A DNA stretch of 64,000 bases from Candidatus Omnitrophota bacterium (GTDB lineage Bacteria > Omnitrophota > Gorgyraeia > B26-G9 > JBDRCZ01): positions 4,302-68,301 of the forward strand of contig JBDRCZ010000109.1 of the NCBI GenBank assembly GCA_043821285.1, read 5' to 3'. A program made the position numbers and the translations under genes. The notes beneath the pieces were generated by a model. That model saw only the letters and a list, made by a program, of their open reading frames with translations, did no database searches and was not told where the DNA came from. How positions within the stretch are numbered: position 1 is the stretch's first letter; every line of letters starts with the position of its first letter. Positions 18,725 to 29,277 of this stretch are shown here, one piece after another.

Positions 18725-19140
18725 TATTAACTAAACCCAGAGGTGCTGATTTGAACAATAAAAATGATTCTATAAAATATCAGGATTTTGATAAACTTCT
18801 TGAGCTTTTCATAAAAAAGATTATTGAGTTAGAAAACATGATTAAAGACAGAGAAGAACACATCAATAATCTCAAAGCAATGTTGCAAGAAAGGGATAAA
18901 TCTATCGGAGCTGCTGCACAGGAGCTAAAAGACCAAAAAGGGCATATTAATAAGTTGGAAGAAAATATAAGAATTAAAGAGAAAAATATTGAATCACTGC
19001 TTCAGGAAATCAAGGGTATTTATAATTCAGAAACTTACCGGTTTATTGTGCGGCCGGTTATTTTGCCATGTTTATCAGTGGTAAAGAGAATAGCTCATAG
19101 AATAAAAAAATTGTTTGACTTATTAAAATTCTTTAAGTGA
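18721..19140 (+). CDS. Small coiled-coil protein with C-terminal amphipathic motif
   Basis: Heptad-rich sequence ending IYNSETYRFIVRP, similar to MLNSETFRFLICP in the GT2 at 10336. Confidence 0.7.
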   Translation: MILTKPRGADLNNKNDSIKYQDFDKLLELFIKKIIELENMIKDREEHINNLKAMLQERDKSIGAAAQELKDQKGHINKLEENIRIKEKNIESLLQEIKGIYNSETYRFIVRPVILPCLSVVKRIAHRIKKLFDLLKFFK

Positions 19141-19153
19141 TTAATTAAAACTT

Positions 19154-20392
19154 ATGCATGTAGATAAACCTTTGAATATATGCCTTATATCCCGCGAATA
19201 TCCAGATGAAACCGGCTGGGGGGGGATTGGAAAGTACACATATCGCCTCGCACACGGCTTGACTGATTTAGGACATAATGTCCATATTTTAGCGGAAAGC
19301 TTAGATAAAGATAAAGCGTATATAGAAAACAGAATTTCTATACAGCGAATTTTAAATAAGAATTTTTTTCATAATAAAGATTCTCTGACGGAGTTTGTAA
19401 ACAGATTAAATTATAGCTGGTGTATCTTTAAAAAAATAGAGGAGTTAATTGATAAATATCATATTGATATTATTGAAGGGCCTAATTTTTACGGAGAAGC
19501 ATATGCATATAGCTTATGTAAGAAAACTTCTCTGGTTACTCGGCTACACACCACCTTTTCTGAAATTATTGCAGCTTATGAGTGGAGAAGAACAACGGAT
19601 TGCCGTTTAAGCTGCTGGATAGAGGATGCGACAATCTTAAAAAGTGACTTGGTGACCTGTTCAACAAAAAGACATGCGGATATTGTTTTAAAAAGTTTAC
19701 CGGCAAAACCGAAAAATATAAAGATAATTCCTTTAGGCGTGCCTTTACCAATATTAAATGGACGGGATAATGCTAAAAATGAAAAGTTAAGTGTATTATT
19801 TGTCGGCCGGCTTGAAAAGAGAAAAGGGATTCAGACATTAGTCAAAGCAATCCCAGAGGTGTTAAAAGAGATTCCCAATATAGAGTTTAATATTGTTGGC
19901 CGGGATACTTTTTTAACTTCTGAGGGAATTTTTTTTACCGGCAAAGAGAGTGACTCATTTAAGAATAAATTAATTAACGATATCCCCCGAGAATATCTAA
20001 CCAATGTAAATTTTTTAGGTTTTCTAGAAGATAAGAAGTTGGAAGAATATTATCGGAGTTGTGATTTATTTGTCGCTCCGTCTTTATACGAGTCATTTGG
20101 GTTTATTTATATTGAGGCAATGTCATATGCCAAGCCGGTTATCGGATGCAGTGTTGGCGGGGTGCCGGAGGTTGTCAAGAATAGTGAGACCGGTATACTT
20201 GTTGCTCCGGAAAATCCCAATCAACTGGCTCAGGCGATTATCAGGTTATTAAAAAACAAAGACCTAAGAGAACAAATGGGCATTAGTGCCAGAAAACATG
20301 TTGAAGAAAATTTCACTTTGGAACAGATGGTAAGTAAAACAATAGCTGCTTATCATAATGTTTGTCGTCCTTCGAACAGAATTCAAATGTGA
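19154..20392 (+). CDS. GT4 glycosyltransferase, paralog of 17477-18724
   Basis: Long identical stretches with the upstream GT4 (APSLYESFGFIYIEAMSYAKPV). Confidence 0.9.
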   Translation: MHVDKPLNICLISREYPDETGWGGIGKYTYRLAHGLTDLGHNVHILAESLDKDKAYIENRISIQRILNKNFFHNKDSLTEFVNRLNYSWCIFKKIEELIDKYHIDIIEGPNFYGEAYAYSLCKKTSLVTRLHTTFSEIIAAYEWRRTTDCRLSCWIEDATILKSDLVTCSTKRHADIVLKSLPAKPKNIKIIPLGVPLPILNGRDNAKNEKLSVLFVGRLEKRKGIQTLVKAIPEVLKEIPNIEFNIVGRDTFLTSEGIFFTGKESDSFKNKLINDIPREYLTNVNFLGFLEDKKLEEYYRSCDLFVAPSLYESFGFIYIEAMSYAKPVIGCSVGGVPEVVKNSETGILVAPENPNQLAQAIIRLLKNKDLREQMGISARKHVEENFTLEQMVSKTIAAYHNVCRPSNRIQM

Positions 20393-20514
20393 TTAATTTT
20401 TTAATGTATAGGAAACAATAAGATTTTCAATCTGTGGCTAACAAGGAAATTGGGGTATAGATTGGTATATTTAATTCGTTGTTAAGGGAAGGTTTGAACA
20501 CGAGAGGTTTTTAA

Positions 20515-21957
20515 ATGGATAAAAAGATTCCGAAGGAATTTTTTTATTGGTGGTTGGTTATGCGGTTAACAAATGTTTTGTTATTTATAAAAAAAGGCAT
20601 CCGCCCTTATTTTATTTTGTGTATAATTATATTAATTTTTGAATTTAGTTTATCCACGGTTTCATTTTTTATCAGAGGGCCTCAGATATTATTTTTAAAT
20701 AACAAACAGGTTGATTTATCTGTTCAGAGAATACTATGTTTAGGGGATTCTTTTACTTATGGTCTCGGAGCAGATCAAGAGTATAGTTATCCAGCACAAT
20801 TAGAAAAATTATTAAATTATAATAATCCAGAAAGAAAGTTTCAAGTATTTTATCTTGGTATTAATGGTTTGAGCAGTTCAATAGTGGCAAATAATTTACG
20901 AACAAACATTGAAAAATATAGGCCGAATATTTTGCTTATTTTAACCGGCGCTAATGATCACTGGAACCTGCACCAGTCAAATATATTAGAGGTTTTAAAT
21001 GATAAAAAAATAAATCAAAGGGTTATAAAAATTAAAAAATTTTTATATAACTTCAAAACTTTCCGGTTGATACAGACAGTGGCTGATAAAATTACCCATA
21101 GATTTATAATTACCAGAGAAAACACACAAAACACCGTAAAGTTTTCAAACATAACAAACAGTAGTTTACTGCAGGATTTGTTGAAATATAATTATAGAAA
21201 AATGATTCAGACAATAGAAACTTTTGATGGCACAATAAAGCTATACGTTCAAAATTACCCCACCGGCCCAGAGCATATAAATAGGATGATCAATAGAATA
21301 GCAGCAGAAGAGAAGTTGAACATAATAGATCAAAATGCTGCTTTTTTAAAAATACCTATAAGTCATTTAGTATCAAATGATGGATGGCACCTTAATGCCC
21401 AGGGATACAATCTGATGGCGAAGAATATCTATGCGGAGTTTTTAAAAACAGGATTAGTTTACAATGATATAGCAAAAGATATGGAAATTATAAAAAAAGA
21501 AGATAAAAATGAAGTAATAAGACTTGATGAAAATACCTGGAAGTTTGTTTTGTCAGAGATCGCCAAACATCCTGAAAAGATAATTTACAAAAGAGGAGAT
21601 GTATGGTGTTTAATTGCTAACAATACAATAGAATTACCGGAAATAGAGTTATTACCTGGAAAATATGCTTTAGAGATTAAAGCAAAAGGAACATCTGTGG
21701 ATAAAATTTATCCGCTGGTAGGGTTTTATTATAAATTCAAGAAAGCACCTTTAGAACTGGTTAAAAATAAGATAAACAAGATTTATGTAGATGGTAATTG
21801 GAAAAATTATTGTTCAGAAAGGATTATTATAAATGAGAAAGAAAATTTTATATTTTATATAAGCTTTGAAAACGATGCTATAAAAATAGAAGAAGGCAAG
21901 CAAAGTGATAGAAATTTATATGTAGGTAAAGTTATTTTAAAAAAACTATTGAAATGA
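20515..21957 (+). CDS. Membrane-anchored SGNH/GDSL hydrolase with C-terminal beta domain
   Basis: LCLGDSFTYG, G.N.D block (GAND), DGWHLN. Confidence 0.8.
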   Translation: MDKKIPKEFFYWWLVMRLTNVLLFIKKGIRPYFILCIIILIFEFSLSTVSFFIRGPQILFLNNKQVDLSVQRILCLGDSFTYGLGADQEYSYPAQLEKLLNYNNPERKFQVFYLGINGLSSSIVANNLRTNIEKYRPNILLILTGANDHWNLHQSNILEVLNDKKINQRVIKIKKFLYNFKTFRLIQTVADKITHRFIITRENTQNTVKFSNITNSSLLQDLLKYNYRKMIQTIETFDGTIKLYVQNYPTGPEHINRMINRIAAEEKLNIIDQNAAFLKIPISHLVSNDGWHLNAQGYNLMAKNIYAEFLKTGLVYNDIAKDMEIIKKEDKNEVIRLDENTWKFVLSEIAKHPEKIIYKRGDVWCLIANNTIELPEIELLPGKYALEIKAKGTSVDKIYPLVGFYYKFKKAPLELVKNKINKIYVDGNWKNYCSERIIINEKENFIFYISFENDAIKIEEGKQSDRNLYVGKVILKKLLK

Positions 21958-23063
21958 AAAAAATTAATGATAATATTGCAAAAATTCTAAAACACATTAT
22001 TTTTTCCTTATTTTGCTTAGCAGTAATTTTTTTATTTTTAGAATTGGGACTGCGTTTATGCGAAAAATTTAAAAGGAATGTGCGAGAATATTGTTTAGAA
22101 TCGGAAAAAGCAGGTTTAGATATTGAAGATAATAAACTTTTTTGGAAAATGAAACCAAATATTGATATCGTCTGGCAAGGTGTTAATATTAAAACAAACA
22201 GTTTAGGATTAAGAGATTACGAAATTTCGCCGATTAAAGAACAAAAAGTTTTTAGGATGCTTTCTCTTGGTGAATCAACTACGTTTGGCGCGAAAGTTGA
22301 ATTTGAAAATATTTATTCAGAAGTATTAGAAAATAAATTAAATAAGGATAATTCTGATTATATTTTTGAAGTAATCAATGCTGGGGTATCTGCCTATACA
22401 TCATTTCAGAGCCTTATTTATCTAAAAGAACAAGGCTTAAAGCTAAATCCAGATATGATTTTAATTTATCACCAGGCCAATGATAATTTACCAGCCACTA
22501 TTCGAAAAAATAAAAATGCTTTTGACTTTTCGCTTAGCGACAGGCAGTTGTATAACTTAAGAAACAATTTTTCTGGAATTTTATATCAGTTAAATAAAAG
22601 CTTTGTCTATGGAGCTATGAAAAATTATTTACTAAAAATCAGGATGTGTTTTTTAAAAAATAGTGCAACTACATTGCGCAAAAGTTTACCTGATTTAACC
22701 ATAGTTGACATAAAGAGAAAATGCCGGGTGCCATTAGATGATAGAAAAGAGATTTTTAAAGAATTTTTAGAGATTTCAGAAAAAAATAAGATTACACTTG
22801 TTTTAATCCATCCTATATATAAAAAAAGTTTAGGGCAAAAATGTTTTTTGACAGAATTTGCTGAACAAAACAATGTACCGCTCATCGAAACCTTTGAGGC
22901 ATTTAAACAAAGCGGCTATTCCCCTGAGGAATTGTTTTATGATAGTATGCACCCCACAGCAACAGGGCATAAGATTATAGCAGATTGCATATTTAAATAT
23001 ATAAAAGCTTATACCCATCAGCTTTTACATGAAAAAGTGGCAGAAAAAGATGATAAAAATTAA
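21954..23063 (+). CDS. Membrane-anchored SGNH/GDSL hydrolase
   Basis: TNSLGLR, LGESTTFG, INAGVSAY, AND, DSMHPT. Confidence 0.82.
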   Translation: MKKINDNIAKILKHIIFSLFCLAVIFLFLELGLRLCEKFKRNVREYCLESEKAGLDIEDNKLFWKMKPNIDIVWQGVNIKTNSLGLRDYEISPIKEQKVFRMLSLGESTTFGAKVEFENIYSEVLENKLNKDNSDYIFEVINAGVSAYTSFQSLIYLKEQGLKLNPDMILIYHQANDNLPATIRKNKNAFDFSLSDRQLYNLRNNFSGILYQLNKSFVYGAMKNYLLKIRMCFLKNSATTLRKSLPDLTIVDIKRKCRVPLDDRKEIFKEFLEISEKNKITLVLIHPIYKKSLGQKCFLTEFAEQNNVPLIETFEAFKQSGYSPEELFYDSMHPTATGHKIIADCIFKYIKAYTHQLLHEKVAEKDDKN

Positions 23064-25332
23064 CAAAACTATTACTGGAATAAAACTGATATTAATATTA
23101 GTTTTCACATCGTTTTTTATTTATTCAACCTTATCCCATTATAGCAACGCGGACTCGCCGCTAAGAATTTGGCTGTTAACATTATTAATATTTGTGCTAT
23201 TTATTATCAGGAAATTGTTTTTGCATAAAAACAATTTGAAAAATCTGTTAAGCCCCACGATGGGTTTCTTTATTATGCTTAGTATCACCCAGACGATAAC
23301 AAATATTTATAAACTTGGTGGATCGTATGTGTTAATCTCTGAGATTATTCATTATGCGCTGGTTTTTTTTATTCTCATCTGCAATTTTAGGAAAATAAAA
23401 TATATTGATACAGGATTAATTCTGTTTATTGTCTATTCTTTCAGAATTTTTGATACCTCCCTTTTTGTGAATGAATTTGTTTTCCTGCATGCCTTGTCCT
23501 TAATATTAGGATTGCTTTGGATTGAAGATATTTATCTAAAGAAACAGCGGCTACCCAAAGTCAACCTAATATTCACCCCGGGCATTATTTTGGTGGTAAT
23601 TGCAATTTTTTCAACAATAACCGCAGTCTGTCCATATTACAGTTTAGCGCAGATGATGATTATGATAAATTTTGCCTTTATTGCTTTTTTAATTGCTAAT
23701 CATGTAAAGGGCATGGATCAAATTAAACTTTTAATTTTTACCCTTTTTTGCCTGGGGTTTTTTTTGTTCGTGTTGCTTATCAAGGATGAGCTTCTCTGGC
23801 GTGGTATATATTCACTTATGGGGCGAATTTGGATAGAATTAGGAAATCCTAACGGGTACAGAATTCATCCTAATTCTCTTGCCGGATATTTTGCCGCGCT
23901 GCTGTGTTTACTTATTGGCGATAGGCACTTTTACCGTGGGAAGATTTTTAAAGCAGCTAAGATATTAGTTATAATTATTATGGCAGTTATTTTATTATTG
24001 ACTTTTTCACGGCTGGGGATTTTTAGTTTTATATTATCAGTGAGTATTTTATTCTGGTTGAGATATAAAGAAACAATAAAAATTATTAAAAACAGAGCGC
24101 TTTATATGTTTTTAATTATAGGTTTAATTACAGGGGTAATATTTTTAAGTCCGATAAAACAAAACCTTATTAGGAGAATTTATGATTTTGGGTCTAACAG
24201 CCAAACTCTTTATAGTTGTCGAAATAGTCTAAAAGCAATAAAAGATAATCCCTTACTTGGATTTGGATTAGATAATTACTATATTCTTTCCAAGTACGCA
24301 AAAGAACAGATACTTAGTCCTAATGGTCAAGGCATGTTGTCAACACGGAATGTGATATGGTCTCCATCACACAGCACATATTTAGGGATTGCCTTTGGAT
24401 TAGGGATAATGGGACTTTTGGTTTTTATATGGTTGTTAGTGAGTATTGTTATATATTTTATCCGTTTAAACAAATTTATTTCAGATGATAAATCTGAAAA
24501 GGCATTATTACAGGCTATTTTTGTGGCGTTTATATCGGTACTTATTCACGGAGTTTTAGCGATGACATTTCACTTAACTATTTTACCGGCATTTTTTTGG
24601 GTGTTTATCGGGCTTATGATCGCAATTGGGAATGTTGTCAATTTTAATAAAAGTTGTTATGAGTTTAAGCCATGGGGATTTTATATTGTATTGTTAGTAG
24701 TGCTTTTATTTAGCATAGGGGTTGTAATTAATCCGGTTATTGCAGAAGCACGGTATATTTCAGCGCAGAAGAGTTTTAGCTTGGGAGAATTACAAAAAGC
24801 GATGAGAGCGATTAATCAGGCAAAAATATTTATGCCGATTGACCCAAAAATTTATGAATTAGAAGCAGAAATTAAAAATGCAAAAGGTTTAGTTGACCAA
24901 GCCATAGCAGATTATAAACGGGCTTTAACTTTTAAAAAAGATTTTGCCTTTTATCATACCAGAATAGGGCAGTTATATTGGCAAAAAAAGAAATATCCTT
25001 ATGTGCTTTTAGAATTTGAAAAGGCAATTGAATTGGATAAATATGGGGTATGTTATCAAGAACATTATTCTGACTTAGGCAGCTTTTATAATGAGTTAGG
25101 AGATAAGACACAAGCTATTGCACAATTTAAAAAAGCTATTCTAATAGACCCCGAAGTAGTAGGCAATACTGACTGGGCAGGGGCAGATTATTTAGATGAT
25201 ATTATAAAACAAACATATCAGGATTATTTAATGCTTAAAGATAAAGAACCATTAGCCGCGGAGCAGATATTATATAGTCTACGGCGCATTGAACAAGGCA
25301 AGGTTAAGAAAACAAAAAATAAACAGGATTGA
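23029..25332 (+). CDS. O-antigen ligase (Wzy_C)-like membrane protein with C-terminal TPR repeats
   Basis: HPNSLAGY, LTFSRLG, PLLGFGLDNY, HSTYL..AFGLGIMG; TPR-like C-terminus. Confidence 0.8.
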   Translation: MKKWQKKMIKINKTITGIKLILILVFTSFFIYSTLSHYSNADSPLRIWLLTLLIFVLFIIRKLFLHKNNLKNLLSPTMGFFIMLSITQTITNIYKLGGSYVLISEIIHYALVFFILICNFRKIKYIDTGLILFIVYSFRIFDTSLFVNEFVFLHALSLILGLLWIEDIYLKKQRLPKVNLIFTPGIILVVIAIFSTITAVCPYYSLAQMMIMINFAFIAFLIANHVKGMDQIKLLIFTLFCLGFFLFVLLIKDELLWRGIYSLMGRIWIELGNPNGYRIHPNSLAGYFAALLCLLIGDRHFYRGKIFKAAKILVIIIMAVILLLTFSRLGIFSFILSVSILFWLRYKETIKIIKNRALYMFLIIGLITGVIFLSPIKQNLIRRIYDFGSNSQTLYSCRNSLKAIKDNPLLGFGLDNYYILSKYAKEQILSPNGQGMLSTRNVIWSPSHSTYLGIAFGLGIMGLLVFIWLLVSIVIYFIRLNKFISDDKSEKALLQAIFVAFISVLIHGVLAMTFHLTILPAFFWVFIGLMIAIGNVVNFNKSCYEFKPWGFYIVLLVVLLFSIGVVINPVIAEARYISAQKSFSLGELQKAMRAINQAKIFMPIDPKIYELEAEIKNAKGLVDQAIADYKRALTFKKDFAFYHTRIGQLYWQKKKYPYVLLEFEKAIELDKYGVCYQEHYSDLGSFYNELGDKTQAIAQFKKAILIDPEVVGNTDWAGADYLDDIIKQTYQDYLMLKDKEPLAAEQILYSLRRIEQGKVKKTKNKQD

Positions 25333-25339
25333 CTTCAAA

Positions 25340-26866
25340 ATGAAAATATTACTGGCAAATATCCCCTGGATTAATAAGGGCAGGTGGGGAGTGCGGGCGG
25401 GTTCGCGCTGGCCGCATATAAAAGACCATACGGAGAGTGATTATTTACCCTTTCCTTTTTACTTAGCCTATGCTGCTGCTTTGCTTAAAAAACATGGTTT
25501 TGAAGTTGTTTTAATCGATGCGATTGCCATGCAAGTGGGATATAAAGAGTTTTTGCAAAAGGTAGAGTCTATTTTTCCTGATTTGATGGTCGCAGAAATT
25601 TCCACTGTATCCCTTGAACATGACCTTGATTTTTTAAAACAGATTGGTAAAGATATTCCACTGGCTTTATGCGGTCCGGATGTAAATATCCGTAATCCTG
25701 AATTTATTAAATCTTACCACTTTGTTAAATATGTATTAATCGGTGAATATGAGAATATATTACTTGAGCTTGCGCAGTGCCTATCCCAAAATAAAGATTT
25801 AAGCAGCATAAAGGGTTTAATATATCGGAACGGTAGTAATTCGATAAGACTTAATACAGGTACACAGATAATTAATGACCTTGATGATTTACCATGGCCT
25901 TTACGGGAAAACATGTCCATGTTGAAATACCGGGACCTGCCTGGTGGCTTGCCGGAACCCTCGGTACAGATGTGGGCCAGCCGCGGCTGTCCGTTTCAGT
26001 GTAAGTTTTGCCTCTGGCCGCAGGTGATGTATTTTAATAATCATTACCGCAGCCGCAGTATACACGATGTTGTTGATGAGATGGAGTATCTGGTTAAAAA
26101 AAAGGGATTTAAATCCATTTATTTTGATGATGATACATGGAATGTAGGTAAAAACAGAGTCTTGCAATTTTGCCGAGAGTTAAAGACACGTAATCTTAAT
26201 ACACCCTGGGCCGTAATGGCACGACCAGATTTAATGGATGAAGAAATTCTTGATAATTTAAAGGATGCCGGGCTTTACTCACTTAAATATGGGGTGGAAT
26301 CAGCCACGCAGGAACTTTTAGATTCTGCTAATAAGGCAATGGATCTGAAAAAGGCGCACAAAATGGTACGTTATACAAAAAAAATAGGGATTAAAATGCA
26401 TCTTACGTTTACTTTTGGTCTTGACGGTGAAACTAAAGAGACAATTCAGAAAACAATTAAATATGCTATAGAACTTGACCCGCACTCTGTACAGTTTTCC
26501 ATAGCCACACCATTTCCGGGCACGCGATTTTATCATGAAGCAAAAACTAAAGGTCAAATTATGACGCATAAACTAACTTATTATGACGGAAACTACAGCA
26601 GTGTGATTAAGACCGAACGATTAACTGCACAAAAGCTTACTGCGGCGAAAAAAATAGCCTATAAGTTATGGCAAGAGTATTGCTATAAGCGCAACAGTTA
26701 TAAAAAAGAAGTATTAAAACCATTTCTGATAAGAAAATTTATTTCTGTAGTAAACAACCGGGGATTATTAAAGGCGGTTATTAAAACTTTTGATTTTTTG
26801 CGAGTAAAAACAGATCTTTTGCTGAAAAAAGATATCAACCACAGAGGGACTAGTGCTCACTTATAA
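25340..26866 (+). CDS. Cobalamin-binding radical SAM protein (HpnJ-like N-terminus)
   Basis: RAGSRWPH, PFYLAYAAA, SRGCPFQCKFC, FDDDTW, ATPFPGT; ATG 25340 preferred. Confidence 0.88.
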   Translation: MKILLANIPWINKGRWGVRAGSRWPHIKDHTESDYLPFPFYLAYAAALLKKHGFEVVLIDAIAMQVGYKEFLQKVESIFPDLMVAEISTVSLEHDLDFLKQIGKDIPLALCGPDVNIRNPEFIKSYHFVKYVLIGEYENILLELAQCLSQNKDLSSIKGLIYRNGSNSIRLNTGTQIINDLDDLPWPLRENMSMLKYRDLPGGLPEPSVQMWASRGCPFQCKFCLWPQVMYFNNHYRSRSIHDVVDEMEYLVKKKGFKSIYFDDDTWNVGKNRVLQFCRELKTRNLNTPWAVMARPDLMDEEILDNLKDAGLYSLKYGVESATQELLDSANKAMDLKKAHKMVRYTKKIGIKMHLTFTFGLDGETKETIQKTIKYAIELDPHSVQFSIATPFPGTRFYHEAKTKGQIMTHKLTYYDGNYSSVIKTERLTAQKLTAAKKIAYKLWQEYCYKRNSYKKEVLKPFLIRKFISVVNNRGLLKAVIKTFDFLRVKTDLLLKKDINHRGTSAHL

Positions 26867-27271
26867 GGTGAGCGACGGCCTTTGGCCGTTCATTGCCATA
26901 AATACTTATTTTCCCACCAAGACGCAAAGAGCGCCAAGTTGTTAAGCTGCGGGGGGTAAGATTGTTTCTTATGATATTATGTATTTCTTTGCGTGCTTTG
27001 CGACTTTGCGGGATTATTATTTTATTGTTTTTTGTTAGCATATTCAAACTTAGCCAGTCGGGATAACTGACTGGTAAAAACTATAAAATAAAGTGACATC
27101 TATATGTTATGATTGTAGTTACAACATCGTAAATGTTTTTTAAGATGTTCCACCGTAGGTGGAACTGAGGAACACAGAGTGGATATAAATTCAATGTAAA
27201 ACTATTGAAAGATGGGATAGAAAGGTTTGTGTTGTAAGATTTCTCTGTGAAGCTCAGTGCTCTCTGTGGTT
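26837..27271 (+). mobile_element. GxxExxY remnant element whose left inverted repeat is split by a ~315 bp insertion
   Basis: aaccacagagggact | insert | gaggaacacagag, then GTG GAT ATA AAT fused to ...NVKLLKDGIERFVL* (27179-27237); right repeat ctctgtgaagctcagtgctctctgtggtt. Confidence 0.72.
26913..27012. repeat. Empty inverted-repeat pair of the CGCAAAG-unit type
   Basis: cccaccaagacgcaaagagcgccaag ... ctttgcgtgctttgcgactttgcggg. Confidence 0.6.
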
Positions 27272-27289
27272 TTAAAAAACAGTTAGACC

Positions 27290-29269
27290 ATGACTAAAGA
27301 AACGATAAAAAGTATCCACAAAAACCGTAAGTCGTTTAAGCTGTTAAAAGACTATATAAAACAAAAAGGCTTGAGCCGAGCCTTTTTTAAAACATTGAAC
27401 TATCTTAAATGGCAAAACGTAATGCATAATTATTCAACAATAATTGGCATATTTGACGGAAGGCATTCATATAAAGGACCAGACTTTGTTCAGATCGATT
27501 TAACCAATAACTGTAATAATGATTGTATTGGCTGCTGGTGTAATTCTCCGCTTTTAGAAGAAAAAAGATTGCCGGTAAGTATTAAGCGTCAGACATTAAA
27601 ATATGAATATGTTTTAGAACTGCTGAATATACTACATGAAATGGGCACAAGAGAGGTTTATTTTGCCGGCGGGGGAGAACCGTTTATGTATCCACAACTT
27701 TTAGATATACTTGCCTATGCCAAAAAAAAGAATTTCATCTGCTACCTAAACACAAATTTTACTTTAGTTAATGAAGAGATTATCGACAGGTTAATTGCAC
27801 TTGAGATTGATCACTTAACCGTGAGTATCTGGGCCGCAACCCCTGAAACTTATGTATGTACTCACCCGAATAAGAACAAAGATACATTTTTTAAACTTAC
27901 TAATAATCTGAAACTTCTGAATTCCCGCAAAAAAGATAAACCAATAATTAAAATATACAATGTTATTTCTAATTTGAATTTTCAGGAAGTTGACAAGATG
28001 GTAGATTTTGCTATAGAGACACAATCCGAAACAATGGAGTTTACGGTTGTTGATACTATACCTGATAAAACCGATAAGCTTCTATTAGCAGAAAAAGAGA
28101 ATAAAATCATTTATGAAGAATGTATGAATATTAAAAAAAAGATTGATGAGAATAAACTGGGAAATTTAAAGATTTTAGGATTTGAGCAGTTTTTAAGGCG
28201 CATAAGTTGTGAAGGAGCAGGTTGTGCACAGTATGATAAAGGGATAATTGATCATGTCCCCTGTTATATCGGCTGGACATTTGCGCGGATACTAGCAGAT
28301 GGCAATGTTAATTCTTGTCTGAAATCACACCGTTTTCCCGTAGGGAATATTTATGTTAATAACTTTGCTGATATTTGGAACTCTTCATTTCAGCAAAAAT
28401 TTCGCCGGCACACACTGGCTTTTAAAAAAGATGACCCATTTTTTAAACTTATTGGCAACGACCCTAATGCACGCGTTGGCTGTTATAAGAGCTGTGATGA
28501 CCTGATGCGTAATATTAACACCCATAACAGGATTACTTCTTTAACCCTGCTTGAGTGGCACTTTTTACAGGGCATTGCCATGATTATTAAGATTATAAGA
28601 AAAATCAAACAAGAAAGGTTTAAAATTTGTCTTATCAATAAAAGATATATTCTGGGTGACAAAGAAGGCATTAATATGCGTCAATTTGATGATAATTTAA
28701 AGATATATTTAAAGAATGAAGAAATCACGGAGAGTATTGGATTAAATTCATCATTTAAAGTTTTAAATACCTGGCATGATTCATCTAAGTCGAAATGGCA
28801 GGCTAAAAAGTCTGTACTCAATAAAGTAAGATTAATTAAGCAATGGCTCTATTTACCGATAACTCAGTTTTGGGACATAACCTTGGAAGATAAAAAAACA
28901 TTACTTATAAATATAGAGATGGACATTGAAGAGGAAATTGAGATAGAAGCGCAGAAAGTTACGCTTTTATTATCGGGAAAATACAAAAAATGGTTTGTTG
29001 GCCGGGAAAATGGGTTGTTTTCAGATTTTGACAATTGGGAGAAATTGAATTTAGGCGGACACAAGCAGCAAACAATAGGTGTTTGTGCGTTTAATGGACT
29101 GCCGGATATTGAATTTAGATTTTTTAGCGATGAATTTTGGCCGGAAGTGCAAAATTCTGATTACAAAAATGCCTGCCGTATAGTCTCAGCGGTCAGAGAA
29201 GGCAAATATAGACTACTTAAAGGCCGGCACAAGTTATTCTGCGGCGAGATTAAGATTATTAAAACATAA
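27290..29269 (+). CDS. Radical SAM/SPASM protein with extra C-terminal domain
   Basis: CNNDCIGC, GGGEPF, PCYIGW...DGNVNSC...CYKSCD. Confidence 0.87.
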   Translation: MTKETIKSIHKNRKSFKLLKDYIKQKGLSRAFFKTLNYLKWQNVMHNYSTIIGIFDGRHSYKGPDFVQIDLTNNCNNDCIGCWCNSPLLEEKRLPVSIKRQTLKYEYVLELLNILHEMGTREVYFAGGGEPFMYPQLLDILAYAKKKNFICYLNTNFTLVNEEIIDRLIALEIDHLTVSIWAATPETYVCTHPNKNKDTFFKLTNNLKLLNSRKKDKPIIKIYNVISNLNFQEVDKMVDFAIETQSETMEFTVVDTIPDKTDKLLLAEKENKIIYEECMNIKKKIDENKLGNLKILGFEQFLRRISCEGAGCAQYDKGIIDHVPCYIGWTFARILADGNVNSCLKSHRFPVGNIYVNNFADIWNSSFQQKFRRHTLAFKKDDPFFKLIGNDPNARVGCYKSCDDLMRNINTHNRITSLTLLEWHFLQGIAMIIKIIRKIKQERFKICLINKRYILGDKEGINMRQFDDNLKIYLKNEEITESIGLNSSFKVLNTWHDSSKSKWQAKKSVLNKVRLIKQWLYLPITQFWDITLEDKKTLLINIEMDIEEEIEIEAQKVTLLLSGKYKKWFVGRENGLFSDFDNWEKLNLGGHKQQTIGVCAFNGLPDIEFRFFSDEFWPEVQNSDYKNACRIVSAVREGKYRLLKGRHKLFCGEIKIIKT

Positions 29270-29277
29270 AACTTTTT

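Noticed and set aside
26850-27047. 65-aa minus-strand ORF (QSRKARKE...WRSLRLGG)
   Set aside because: It is the translation of the inverted-repeat arms, not a credible gene.
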